Shown here in pieces: positions 1 to 9,048 of a stretch of DNA of 64,000 bases. This stretch comes from Polyangiales bacterium. GTDB lineage: Bacteria > Myxococcota_A > Polyangia > Polyangiales > Polyangiaceae. The translations under genes and the position numbers were made by a program. Where the stretch lies: contig JBBRMI010000019.1 in the NCBI GenBank assembly GCA_038230915.1, positions 3,444 to 67,443 of the forward strand. The letters run 5' to 3'. Under the pieces are notes generated by a model. It worked only from the letters and a program-made list of their open reading frames with translations, was not told the origin of the DNA and did not search any database. Positions within the stretch are counted from its first letter, which is position 1, and each line of letters opens with the position of its first letter.

Positions 1-1
1 T

Positions 2-832
2 GCGTACTACTCGACCAACTACAGCGAGATCTTGATCGGCATTTGCACGCTGCCGTTGCCGTTCGTGCGCCAGACATCGCCGTGGGTGCCTGAGACCGTC
101 GAGCAGTGGTTTCAAAGGGCTTGCGCCAAAGAGCCGCTCGAGCGCTTTCAAAGCGCCGACGAGATGACCGAAGCGCTGCAAGCTGCCGGCGGCGGCGTAG
201 CGCTGTCGAAGCACAAGTCATTTCCGGAGGGCCGCATCGCGCCAGAAACGCTGGTCGGTTACGCGACGCCCGCCATGGCAACGCTTCAGCTCGATGCCGG
301 CCCGTTCAACCTGGCGCGCACGCAAGCGCTAGTGCAGCAGACCGCCGTCATCAGCGCCGCGGCGCCAGTCGCGATCGCGATCGGAGTGGGCGCACAGCAC
401 GACCAGCGCGCGGGAGACGAGGCGGGCGACGACTGGACGCGGCCGCGGCGCGTGCCACCGCTCGTGCTCGGCGTCGGGCTTGGGCTGCTAGTCGTGACGA
501 GCATGATGGTGACCCTGAGCTTGCTGACTCCGGCCGACAAAAAGTCTGACGCCGCGCCGAGCGCGACCGCCAGCGTGAACGCCCGCCCGCCGCGCGGCGA
601 GCCGGTTCCGCCGACGCCAGCACCGACCCAGTTGGCGTCACCCGACCCGTCGATCGCTCAGCCGAATAGAGTTTCCAGTGTCGCTGCTGAAAGCACGCGC
701 CTCACGCCCAAAGCGCACGGCAAGGCCGCTGGCCCCAGAAAACCTGGCTCAATCACACCCTCCCCCTCAAAGCCGTCGGCTCCGTCCCTGCCGCCCCCGG
801 CCAAAGCCGCCGGCTCTGATCTCGGTTTCTAG
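2..832 (+). CDS. Ser/Thr protein kinase, C-terminal part (5' end outside window), with TM helix and Pro-rich tail
   Basis: Kinase C-lobe remnant 'WFQRACAKEPLERFQSADEM', then a hydrophobic TM segment and a tail ending 'DLGF'. Confidence 0.75.
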   Translation, partial: AYYSTNYSEILIGICTLPLPFVRQTSPWVPETVEQWFQRACAKEPLERFQSADEMTEALQAAGGGVALSKHKSFPEGRIAPETLVGYATPAMATLQLDAGPFNLARTQALVQQTAVISAAAPVAIAIGVGAQHDQRAGDEAGDDWTRPRRVPPLVLGVGLGLLVVTSMMVTLSLLTPADKKSDAAPSATASVNARPPRGEPVPPTPAPTQLASPDPSIAQPNRVSSVAAESTRLTPKAHGKAAGPRKPGSITPSPSKPSAPSLPPPAKAAGSDLGF

Positions 833-875
833 GCGCTTGGGCCGCAAGGTGCGGTAAAAAGGTGGCTGGGTGCTT

Positions 876-1964
876 ATGACTATTTGCTCAACCGCTCGAC
901 GTGTCACCACGCGCCAGCGCTTCATCGCGCTGGGCCTCGTCTCATTGCTGACCACCTCGCTCGTCGCTCCCGCGGCCTTCGCGCAGGACCAACCTCAAGC
1001 CGAGAGCGTGGCGGCCGCCCGCTCACTCGGCCTCGCTGGGATCAAGCTGGCCGATTCAGGCGACTGCAAGGGCGCGATCGAGAAGCTGTCGCGCGCCGAG
1101 TCGCTCTACCACGCGCCGTCGATTCTCGGCCGCCTGGGTGAATGCCAGGTACAGGTCGGGCAAATCGTCGCCGGCACCGAAAACCTCAACCGCGTGGTGC
1201 GCGAACAGCTGGCAGCAACGGCACCCAAGGCATTCCGCGACGCACAAGAGCGCGCCAAAGGCGTGCTGTACGCCGCGCTGCCGAAGATCGCACGGTTGAC
1301 GGTGAGGGTCGACCCGGCCGACGCGAAACCGCAGGTCGCGGTGGCCGGCGTGGCGATTCCGCCCGCGCTGATCGGCGTCGAACGCCCCACGGATCCTGGC
1401 ACGCACGAGATCGTCGTCAGCGCGCCGGGCTACCTCGAGCAGAAGACGAGCGTCACGCTGGCTGAAGGCGCGAGCCAAGAGATCGCGGTCAAGCTCGAGA
1501 AGGATCCGAACGCGGCTGTCGCTGCGGCTCTGCCGCCGGACGCCTCCGCGCCGGTCGTCACGACGGGCCCCACCCCGTCGCCGTCCGACACCGGACCGAA
1601 GAAGAGCAACACGCTGGCTTACGTCGCGCTCGGCCTCGGCGGTGCTGGCCTCGCTGTCGGTGGCATCACCGGCTTTTTGGCGCTCGGCAAGAAGGGCGAC
1701 CTCAAAGGCTGCGTCGACACCAAGTGCCCGTCTAGTCAGCAGAGCACGCTCGACGGCGCCAAGAGCATGGCGACGGTATCGACCGTCGGCTTCGCGGTGG
1801 GCTTCGTCGGCGTGGGCGTTGGCGTCGTGCTCTTGCTGACCGGCAACAACAGCAGCAGCGCGAGCCTTGGCACCTCCAAGGTCGCCAAACACGACGCATT
1901 TCGCGGCGTCCACCTCGAACCTTGGGTCGGCGCTCAGAGCGCCGGAGTTACCGGAACCTTCTAG
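876..1964 (+). CDS. Secreted TPR/PEGA-like domain protein
   Basis: Signal peptide (APAAFA), TPR-like N-terminus, PEGA-like 'DPGTHEIVVSAPGY', Gly-rich hydrophobic C-terminus; typical kinase neighbour in myxobacteria. Confidence 0.7.
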   Translation: MTICSTARRVTTRQRFIALGLVSLLTTSLVAPAAFAQDQPQAESVAAARSLGLAGIKLADSGDCKGAIEKLSRAESLYHAPSILGRLGECQVQVGQIVAGTENLNRVVREQLAATAPKAFRDAQERAKGVLYAALPKIARLTVRVDPADAKPQVAVAGVAIPPALIGVERPTDPGTHEIVVSAPGYLEQKTSVTLAEGASQEIAVKLEKDPNAAVAAALPPDASAPVVTTGPTPSPSDTGPKKSNTLAYVALGLGGAGLAVGGITGFLALGKKGDLKGCVDTKCPSSQQSTLDGAKSMATVSTVGFAVGFVGVGVGVVLLLTGNNSSSASLGTSKVAKHDAFRGVHLEPWVGAQSAGVTGTF

Positions 1965-1971
1965 GCGCGCC

Positions 1972-2895
1972 ATGGCATCCAAGCTCTCACGTCAGGTGAT
2001 CACGGTTTGCTCGTCGCTCGCCTTCGTCGGCGGCTGCACCCAAATCTTGGGTATCAGCGACTACGAGATCGATCCTTCGCTCGGCGCCCACGCGGGCGGC
2101 GAAGGCGGCAACGGCGGCACCAAGCCGAGCGGGGGCACAAAGAGCGACGCCGGCGGTCCGAACGGTGGTCAGCGCTCGGGCGAAGGCGGAGCTCCCGACA
2201 CGAACGTCGGTGGTGCCCCGATCATCGGCGACGCCGGTGCTGGAGGAGCTGGCGCGCCGGTGGGGACCGTCGTGCCGTGTGATTCGGCGGACTGCTGCGC
2301 GCAACTTGGCGGGACGGCGTTCGGCGTCGAGATGATCAAAGACGGCGGTTTCGAGCTCGGCACGGTCGAAGCCGGCAAGAGCCCCTGGACGCAACTCTCG
2401 ACCAACAGCGCCGAGGTCATCACCAATGATCCGAGCTTCGGCTTCGATCCGAAGTCGGGCGCCTACTACGCTTACCTCTCGGGTATCCCGGGCGAGCGCA
2501 GCACGCTCTACTCCGAGACCGTCACGGTTCCGAACGACGCCGGCTGGCTCACGGTCAGTGGTTACCGGCTATTTCAGATCGACCTACAGGACCCGCTCAA
2601 CCACGATTTTTGCGGGATCGGCTTTTACGCCGTGCCACCGGACAAGGCGCTGGAGATCCCCTTCTACTGGAGCGATCCGGCTCACAACACTGACGGCTGG
2701 GGCGATACGCCGAACTGGAAGCGCTTCGAAGCCAGCTGGGACGCAGCTCCGCATCACGGCGCGAAGCGACGCCTCGGGCTGGTCGCTGAGTCCGACAAGT
2801 ACCCGGCCAAGGCGGACGTCGCGCCCGGAGATTCCACAGCGTCGAGCTATCTGTTCGACGACGTCTCGCTGAAATTCTACCGCTGCTACAAGTGA
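1972..2895 (+). CDS. Putative lipoprotein with Gly-rich linker and jelly-roll-like C-terminal domain
   Basis: Lipobox-like 'FVGGC', 'DGGFE' and 'LFDDVSL' motifs; ATG at 1972 just after the upstream stop. Confidence 0.6.
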   Translation: MASKLSRQVITVCSSLAFVGGCTQILGISDYEIDPSLGAHAGGEGGNGGTKPSGGTKSDAGGPNGGQRSGEGGAPDTNVGGAPIIGDAGAGGAGAPVGTVVPCDSADCCAQLGGTAFGVEMIKDGGFELGTVEAGKSPWTQLSTNSAEVITNDPSFGFDPKSGAYYAYLSGIPGERSTLYSETVTVPNDAGWLTVSGYRLFQIDLQDPLNHDFCGIGFYAVPPDKALEIPFYWSDPAHNTDGWGDTPNWKRFEASWDAAPHHGAKRRLGLVAESDKYPAKADVAPGDSTASSYLFDDVSLKFYRCYK

Positions 2896-2902
2896 GGGCG
2901 CC

Positions 2903-3862
2903 TCACTTCGTTTCTTCGAGATCTTCCGCCAGGTAGCTCAAGATCACTTCGTCGAGCGACTGCTCGCTGATCGCGCCGTCGCCGAAGATCGAGCGGGCGT
3001 TGCTGGGCGGCGCGGCCGCGAGGCGCGTTTGCGGCCGCCCCATCGCAGCTCCTAGGTCCGCACTTGCCGCCGTAACCGGAGCACCTGCCGCCGCCGCTGG
3101 GCGCGTCGGGATCGGCGGACGCGATTTGCGCGGCGCCGGGTTGCTCTTGCGCGGTGGCGGTCGCACGGGTGCGGCTGGCGGCGTGCGGTTCGACTTGGGC
3201 GGATTCTTGTCCAGCGACGGCAGGTCGAGATCGAAAGCCTCGGCCGGGGGCGGGGCGACCGACGGCGTGGGTTTGCGCAGGTTCGGATTCGTGATCGGCC
3301 GGCGCGAACGCGGCGACTCGTCCGAGTCGCGCAGCGACTTCATGCTGTCGATGACGGCTTGCGCGTCGGCGACCGGGGCTGGCGGCGCGGCAGGCACGAC
3401 GGCGACCGGCAGGTTGGAGGGCTCCGCGGCGACGTGCGGTACCGCGCTCAAACCGGCACCGGCGCCGACGACCACGCGCGCGTTGTCGAGATCACTCTTG
3501 GCCGTCGGCTCCGCCATGCTGTCCGGCGCCTTCGACTTCGCAGGCTCGAGCGGACCGCACACACTCTCGAGCAGCGGGTCCATCTCGCCGCCACGTAGCG
3601 CGGCGAACATGGCCTTGTGCTGCTCCTTCATCATGCCGCGCACTACCGCGGCCATGTCGGTCGTCTCGAGATGCTCGGTGTAATCGGTGCGCGCCGTCTT
3701 GACGATGCGCCCACCGTCGGCGAACAAATGCGTCACGATCCGCGGAAACTTCACGCCCGAGTCTTCCGTTTGGATGTGGAAGATCCGGCCGCGGTGGCGG
3801 ACGTTGTTGTTGAAGCCGAGTAGCGGCGGGGGTGCTGCTTTGGACACGCTGCGCCCGTGCAA
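2903..3862 (-). CDS. Hypothetical protein (globular N-terminal domain, Pro-rich linker, 'SLDEVILSYL' C-terminal motif)
   Basis: 'LGFNNNVRHRGRIFHIQTEDSG' N-domain, coding-like codon usage; start uncertain. Confidence 0.7.
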   Translation of the reverse strand: MHGRSVSKAAPPPLLGFNNNVRHRGRIFHIQTEDSGVKFPRIVTHLFADGGRIVKTARTDYTEHLETTDMAAVVRGMMKEQHKAMFAALRGGEMDPLLESVCGPLEPAKSKAPDSMAEPTAKSDLDNARVVVGAGAGLSAVPHVAAEPSNLPVAVVPAAPPAPVADAQAVIDSMKSLRDSDESPRSRRPITNPNLRKPTPSVAPPPAEAFDLDLPSLDKNPPKSNRTPPAAPVRPPPRKSNPAPRKSRPPIPTRPAAAAGAPVTAASADLGAAMGRPQTRLAAAPPSNARSIFGDGAISEQSLDEVILSYLAEDLEETK

Positions 3863-4005
3863 GATCCGTGAGGGTTACGAACCTCGAAGGCTATCACGAC
3901 CGCCTCCCCCCCGCCCTCCTCAGCGCACGGTGACTCTCACCCCCGAAAAAACCCCTACATCACCGTCATATATATGTAGTGAAACGGGCGAGCCCGAGCG
4001 GGAAC

Positions 4006-4336
4006 AACAGGAAGGCGGGAAGACGGGAAGGGCGAGAGGAAGGATTCTTGGTTCGAGCAAACCAGCATCGGCCGACGCCGCAACCGATTTCGGACCGCGT
4101 CGACCAGCGCGCACCCCCAAAAATCTTCCCGCCTTCCCGCCTTCCTCTCACCATTGGTCTCATTTCAGTTGGTGACCACGCCCGCCGATCGTGGCTTCTG
4201 GCTGCGTTTTCGCTGCGCTCCGATGCTCACGTAGCAACCTACGCTCCGCTCCGGTGCTCGCGAAAGCCTTGCCAGAAACCACGCTTGGCTAGCGGGAAGC
4301 TGAAAAATGAGACCAATGGTCAGCCGCCTTCCTGTT
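4006..4336. repeat. REP-like long hairpin element with octamer-built arms, interrupted by a MITE
   Basis: Left arm AACAGGAAGGCGGGAAGACGGGAAG (4006-4030) pairs with CTTCCCGCCTTCCCGCCTTCCT (4125-4146) plus GTT (4334-4336) once the insert and one duplicate copy are removed. Confidence 0.75.
4147..4323. mobile_element. MITE-like non-autonomous element (177 bp) with terminal inverted repeats and 10-bp target-site duplication
   Basis: TIRs CTCACCATTGGTCTCATTT and AAATGAGACCAATGGTCAG (18/19 match); flanked by CCGCCTTCCT at 4137-4146 and 4324-4333. Confidence 0.8.
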
Positions 4337-4356
4337 CGCTCGCTCCCGCTCGCGAA

Positions 4357-6300
4357 TTATCTAGCGCCTTCGTCCATGCGGCGCATGCCTTCGAGGAGCA
4401 GCGCTTCGGGCGAGTCCATCATGACTTGCTGCGGGGCAGTGAAGTTGGGGTCGAGCGCGAAGTCGCCGTCGGTCAGCTTGAGCATGGCGAAGAAGGCTTC
4501 CTCGCCGCGCAGCGTCGCCCACAGCGCGTTGAAGATTTGGCCGCCGACGAAATGAATCTCGCCTGAGGTGGTGCCGGAGCGGATCTTGAGCGAGCCGCTC
4601 TTTCGTCCGTGCCACAGCACTTGCACCATGTCCGGCAAACCCATCTCGATCAGCGAGCCGGACACGCCGCGCGCCGAGCCAGCGCGCTGCGCTTCGCGCT
4701 CGATGATTTGCTTCAGCTTGGCAACCAACAAATCCGCCGACACCGGCTTGGACAGGAAATCCGCCGCACCCAGGTCAAACGCCTTTTGCGCGTCGTTGCG
4801 GCTCGACCGCCCGGTGACCACCACCCAGGGCAGTTTCTGACCCCACGGGCGTTTACGCACTTCTTCGAGCAACGCTAGGCCGTCGTCCTTGCCCAAGTCG
4901 AGCTCGGCGATCACAAGCTCGGTCTCGGCTTTTTCCAGGTGCTTGAGCGCCTGCTCGACGGTGTGCGCCTGCGACACCTCGAAGCCTTGTTCGAGCAAAC
5001 GCAGCTCCAATACCGTCGTCTCTTCGGGATCCGGATCGATGATCAGCGCGCGGTGCCGGTTGGCGAGCAGGCGCGCCTTCACGTCTTCACCGGTGACGGT
5101 GTGCTTGAACAGGTCGACCAAGTTCGGGTCGAACACGCTGCCGCGGTAGCGCGCCAAGACTTCACACGCCTGCACCGGCCGCAGCGTCTTGCGAAACGGA
5201 TTGCGTGGATTTTGTGTGAGGTCGGCGTAGGTGTCGGCGATCGCCAACAGCCGCGCGCCGAGCGGGATCTCTTTGGCCGACGAGCCATCGGGGAAGCCCT
5301 TGCCGTCGTAGCGCTCATACATGTGCTCCATGGTCTGCGTGACCTCGAGCGGCAACTGCACGGCCTCGAGCAAGCGCCCTGGGCTCTTGTACTGTTTCTC
5401 GGCCTGCGTGCGGTGGCCCTCGTACTCGCCGACGTTGAGCGTCGTCAGGTGGTACGCGCCCATCTTGCCTAAGTCGTGCAGGTACGAAGCGCAGACGTAG
5501 GCGCTCTTGGTGCTCTCGGGTAGCCCAATTCGCTCGGCGATTTTCTTGGTCAGGCGCGCGACGGTCGAGGAATGACCGCGCAAATCCGGGCGAGAATTCT
5601 CGATCAGGGTGATGAGAACGTTCAGCGCTTCTTGAAACGACTCGTCGTTGACGCCGCTGCCGGTGCTGCCCGAGCCGGTTTTGCGCGCCTTGAAGTCCTT
5701 GTCGGACAGCACGCGTTCGCCCGACGTGGCCTCCTTGGCCATCGACAGCACCATGCTCTCGTCGCTGACAAGGTTGCGCTCGAACACGTTCAGCATGTTC
5801 GAAAATTGGGTGTGCGCGTCGCGATCTAGAATCGCAAATGCGTGGATGTCGCCATTGTAGGCCTTGCTGATCGCCGCCTTTACCGCGCGCGGCCGGCCGA
5901 CGAACGCGCGCACCTCTTTAACGCCCGACGCCAACTGCACGTCGTGCAGCGCGGGCGCGTTGTCCGGATCGGGCGTTACGACGCTCAGCGTCCCGGTCGC
6001 CGCGTCGTACAGGACCGGGAATACCGTGTCGCGCTCGGCCAGCTTCTTCGGCACCTTGTCGAGCGTGATGCGATCGATGTCGGCCTTGGCCAGCTTCTCG
6101 GTCGAGACGAAGCGCGTCTTGTGCAGGGCCGCCAGGTACTTGAGCAGCGCGGCTTCATCGAGCGCCTTCAGTTCGAGGATGACCTCCTCGACCCGCTCGC
6201 CGGTCCGCGCCACCAGGTTGAGCGCCGCCTCTTGGGCTTCCGCGGTGATCAGCCCATCAGCGAAGAGCCGTTCCAGTAGTCGCGTATTGCCCGTGCTCAT
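4357..6300 (-). CDS. MshEN/GspE-N + HD-GYP-like + receiver + DUF4388 signalling protein
   Basis: 'LHDLGK', 'YERYDGKGFPDG', 'IPLGARLLAIAD', REC fold, C-terminal 'GSLIEMGLPDMVQVLWHGRKSG'. Confidence 0.85.
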   Translation of the reverse strand: MSTGNTRLLERLFADGLITAEAQEAALNLVARTGERVEEVILELKALDEAALLKYLAALHKTRFVSTEKLAKADIDRITLDKVPKKLAERDTVFPVLYDAATGTLSVVTPDPDNAPALHDVQLASGVKEVRAFVGRPRAVKAAISKAYNGDIHAFAILDRDAHTQFSNMLNVFERNLVSDESMVLSMAKEATSGERVLSDKDFKARKTGSGSTGSGVNDESFQEALNVLITLIENSRPDLRGHSSTVARLTKKIAERIGLPESTKSAYVCASYLHDLGKMGAYHLTTLNVGEYEGHRTQAEKQYKSPGRLLEAVQLPLEVTQTMEHMYERYDGKGFPDGSSAKEIPLGARLLAIADTYADLTQNPRNPFRKTLRPVQACEVLARYRGSVFDPNLVDLFKHTVTGEDVKARLLANRHRALIIDPDPEETTVLELRLLEQGFEVSQAHTVEQALKHLEKAETELVIAELDLGKDDGLALLEEVRKRPWGQKLPWVVVTGRSSRNDAQKAFDLGAADFLSKPVSADLLVAKLKQIIEREAQRAGSARGVSGSLIEMGLPDMVQVLWHGRKSGSLKIRSGTTSGEIHFVGGQIFNALWATLRGEEAFFAMLKLTDGDFALDPNFTAPQQVMMDSPEALLLEGMRRMDEGAR

Positions 6301-6377
6301 GTCGTGACCGGCGCCATCATGGACAGCCAGCCATTATAGCGGGCAGCAGCCACCCAAAGTCACCGCTGACGGCTCGA

Positions 6378-6541
6378 GATTTTTTCACAGGGAGATCGAG
6401 AGATCGGGAGCGCCAGGCAGAGCCGAGATTTTTTGGTTCGAGCCGCAAAATCCCTTACGGCGCCTGCGCAGTCGCCGACCAGCTTCGTGCGACTCGAAAC
6501 CAACAAAACTCCCGATCTCCCGATCTCCCTGTGAAAAAATC
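6378..6541. repeat. REP-like long hairpin element, copy A
   Basis: 33-bp inverted arms (32/33 match) GATTTTTTCACAGGGAGATCGAGAGATCGGGAG at 6378-6410 and 6509-6541. Confidence 0.9.
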
Positions 6542-6650
6542 CCGGAAAGCCGCCTGGAGCCGTTGAGGCGGCCAGCTGGCCGGTGGTGGGTACGCACGGG
6601 GCCGGTCGGGGTGGGCGGAACTGGGCCTACACCCGAGGATCTACATGGAC

Positions 6651-6679
6651 TTGACGGGTGGGGCCCTGGAAGCTAGTTA
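6651..6679 (+). promoter_or_regulatory. Putative sigma70-type promoter of rplM-rpsI
   Basis: TTGACG-N17-TAGTTA, about 75 bp upstream of rplM. Confidence 0.45.
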
Positions 6680-6753
6680 AGCCGCCCTTTTCCAGGTTCT
6701 GTGGGCATTTGCCCGAGACACTGGCGAGCAACGACTGAAGGACACGAAAGACG

Positions 6754-7188
6754 ATGGCGACGTATCAAGCGAAACCGGCAGAGGCTGCGGCGACCCGTAA
6801 GTGGTACGTCCTGGACGCGACAGACTTGCCTCTCGGTCGTCTCGCGACGCGCGTAGCGACCGTCTTGCGCGGCAAGCACAAGCCGACGTACACGCCGCAC
6901 GTCGACACTGGCGACTTCGTGATCGTCGTCAACGCCAGCAAGGTCAAGCTGACCGGCGTCAAGTCCGACGACAAGATGTACTACTCGCACAGTGGTTATC
7001 CGGGTGCGATCAAGCGCATGAGCTTCAAAGAAGTTGCCGCCAAAGACGCCGGCTTCCCGATCGAGAAGGCCGTCAAGGGCATGCTGCCGAAGAACGTGCT
7101 GGGCCGCGAGATGCTGCTCAAGCTCAAGGTTTACGGGAGCGACAAGCACCCGCACACGGCGCAAAAGCCGGAAGCACTGTCGCTCTGA
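6754..7188 (+). CDS. rplM: 50S ribosomal protein L13
   Basis: '[35 protein letters not shown]', 'HPHTAQKP'. Confidence 0.98.
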   Translation: MATYQAKPAEAAATRKWYVLDATDLPLGRLATRVATVLRGKHKPTYTPHVDTGDFVIVVNASKVKLTGVKSDDKMYYSHSGYPGAIKRMSFKEVAAKDAGFPIEKAVKGMLPKNVLGREMLLKLKVYGSDKHPHTAQKPEALSL

Positions 7189-7211
7189 TCGTCTGAAGGA
7201 ACTAGAAGAGA

Positions 7212-7604
7212 ATGTCCGAAGTTACGACCTACGCCACTGGTAAGAGGAAGACGGCAGTTGCCCGCGTTTGGATCAGCCCCGGCTCCGGGAAGATGATCGT
7301 GAACGGGATCGAAGCCGATCACTACTTCGAGCGCGAGACGTCGCGCATGATCGCGCGCCAGTCGCTCGAGGTTCTCGAAGTGACTGACAAGTACGACGTG
7401 CGTGCCACGGTGGCCGGCGGCGGGCACAGCGCCCAAGCCGACGCCATGCGCCACGGCATCGCGCGCGCGCTGCTGGCCGAGACGCCGGAGCGCCGCATCG
7501 CGCTGAAGCGTGCCGGTTACCTGACTCGCGACAGCCGCAAGAAGGAACGCAAGAAGTACGGCCAAGCCGGCGCTCGTAAGCGGTTCCAGTACTCGAAGCG
7601 CTGA
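7212..7604 (+). CDS. rpsI: 30S ribosomal protein S9
   Basis: '[11 protein letters not shown]', C-terminal '[19 protein letters not shown]'. Confidence 0.98.
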   Translation: MSEVTTYATGKRKTAVARVWISPGSGKMIVNGIEADHYFERETSRMIARQSLEVLEVTDKYDVRATVAGGGHSAQADAMRHGIARALLAETPERRIALKRAGYLTRDSRKKERKKYGQAGARKRFQYSKR

Positions 7605-7609
7605 GGAAC

Positions 7610-8677
7610 ATGCCTAATACCCTCCGCGTCGGCATTCTGGGCGCCGGGGGGTATACCGGCTCCGAATTGGTGCGGCTTCTGCACCAACACCCGCGGCTGT
7701 CCATCGTCATGGTGGGCGCGCGCGAGAAGGCTGGCAAACGGCTGAGCGAGGTCCTCCCAGGCGCGCTCGGCGTTGCTGGCCTTTCTGATTTGCTGCTCGA
7801 GGGCTTCGATCCCGAGACGGACGCCGACGCGCTGGCCAAGCGCATCGACGTCGCGTTCCTGTGCTTGCCGCACGCCGCGAGCGCGCGCGCCGGCAAGGCG
7901 CTGTACCAAGCTGGCGTACAGGTCGTCGATCTGTCGGCGGACTTCCGGCTCAAAGACGCCGCGGTGTACGTCAAGACGTACGGCGAGCATCCGGCGACGG
8001 AGCTTTTGAGTAAGGCCGTGTACGGCCAGCCAGAGCTGCACCGCGCGGAGCTCAGCGGCGCGCGACTGATTGCGGCGCCGGGCTGTCACGTCACGACGTC
8101 GCTGTTGCCATTGGCGCCGCTCTTGAAGAGCAAGCTGATCGAGACGTCGCCGATCATCATCGATTCGAAGACGGGCGTGAGCGGCGGCGGGCGTTCACCG
8201 TCACCGGCGTTTCACTACCCAGAAGCGACCGACAGCATCCGTCCGTACAAGGTCGGCAGCACGCACCGCCACGTGCCGGAGCTCGAGCAAGAGCTGTCGC
8301 TCGCGGCCGGCGCGCCGATCACGGTCTGCTTCACGCCCGTGCTGGTGCCGATGTCGCGTGGCATTTTGGTCACCGCTTATCTGAAGCCGCGCGCAGGCGT
8401 GACGGCCGATACGTGCCGCGCCGCCGCGACCGAGCTGTATCGCGAGGGGCTGGTCACGGTGCTGCCCGCCGGCATGCTGCCTGACACGCTCTGGGTCCGC
8501 GGCTCGGCCCGCGCGCACGTCGCCTACGTGCTCGACGAGCACGCCGGGTTGATCTTAGCGATGTGCGCGATCGATAATTTGGCGCGTGGCGCGTCCGCGC
8601 AAGCCGTGCAGGCGTTCAACGTCTCGCAAGGCTGGGCGGATGCGTTGGGGTTGCCTGAGTTGCCGTTGTTTCCGTAG
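7610..8677 (+). CDS. argC: N-acetyl-gamma-glutamyl-phosphate reductase
   Basis: 'GAGGYTGSEL', 'DLSADFRL', 'PGC', 'SGGGR', 'IDNLARGAS'. Confidence 0.93.
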   Translation: MPNTLRVGILGAGGYTGSELVRLLHQHPRLSIVMVGAREKAGKRLSEVLPGALGVAGLSDLLLEGFDPETDADALAKRIDVAFLCLPHAASARAGKALYQAGVQVVDLSADFRLKDAAVYVKTYGEHPATELLSKAVYGQPELHRAELSGARLIAAPGCHVTTSLLPLAPLLKSKLIETSPIIIDSKTGVSGGGRSPSPAFHYPEATDSIRPYKVGSTHRHVPELEQELSLAAGAPITVCFTPVLVPMSRGILVTAYLKPRAGVTADTCRAAATELYREGLVTVLPAGMLPDTLWVRGSARAHVAYVLDEHAGLILAMCAIDNLARGASAQAVQAFNVSQGWADALGLPELPLFP

Positions 8678-8733
8678 CCTAGCGCCATCACGATCGTAGG
8701 AGACAATTCGGATGATCACGAGGCGAGGCTTCG

Positions 8734-8761
8734 ATCTCTCATAAGGAAACTTATGCGCAAG
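8734..8761 (-). other. dif-like XerC/XerD recombination site (28 bp)
   Basis: Minus strand CTTGCGCATAA-GTTTCC-TTATGAGAGAT; 11-6-11 layout with 9/11 and 8/11 matches to the E. coli dif arms. Confidence 0.5.
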
Positions 8762-8973
8762 TTTTCGATCGTTCATCCGCTACGTTCAATTCCACCGCCC
8801 TGACTGCCAGGGCACCGAAGCGCAGCTTGGGAAGGTCAGCAAGCTGGGCACCGGTGACGATTCTTTCCGCGGCCGTAACGCGAGGGCCTCGTCACGGTGC
8901 AGTGGGCAGCCTTCTGGGAGGTGGGCCGCTTTTTTGGTCAGCCCAATCCCCGACGAGGCAAAAAGCCGGCTTC

Positions 8974-8993
8974 CCTGACAGCTGGCTGTCAGG
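8974..8993. promoter_or_regulatory. Perfect palindrome upstream of uvrB, candidate operator
   Basis: CCTGACAGC-TG-GCTGTCAGG ending 56 bp before the uvrB ATG. Confidence 0.4.
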
Positions 8994-9048
8994 ATCCGCG
9001 TTTCCTGGTCTTGCGCCAGCCCCTGCGCCGACTAACTCTTCGAGATCC

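Noticed and set aside
8769-8790. GTTC...GTTC direct repeat as a possible LexA box for uvrB
   Set aside because: The spacing is 9 nt rather than the alphaproteobacterial 7 nt and the site is about 260 bp from the start codon.
8827-9048. N-terminal extensions given by the ORF track for uvrB and likewise manC, the 22145 ATPase, USP, GrpE, the APH-like gene and the ECF sigma
   Set aside because: The extensions are low-complexity, overlap promoters or neighbouring genes, and family similarity begins at the downstream starts used here.
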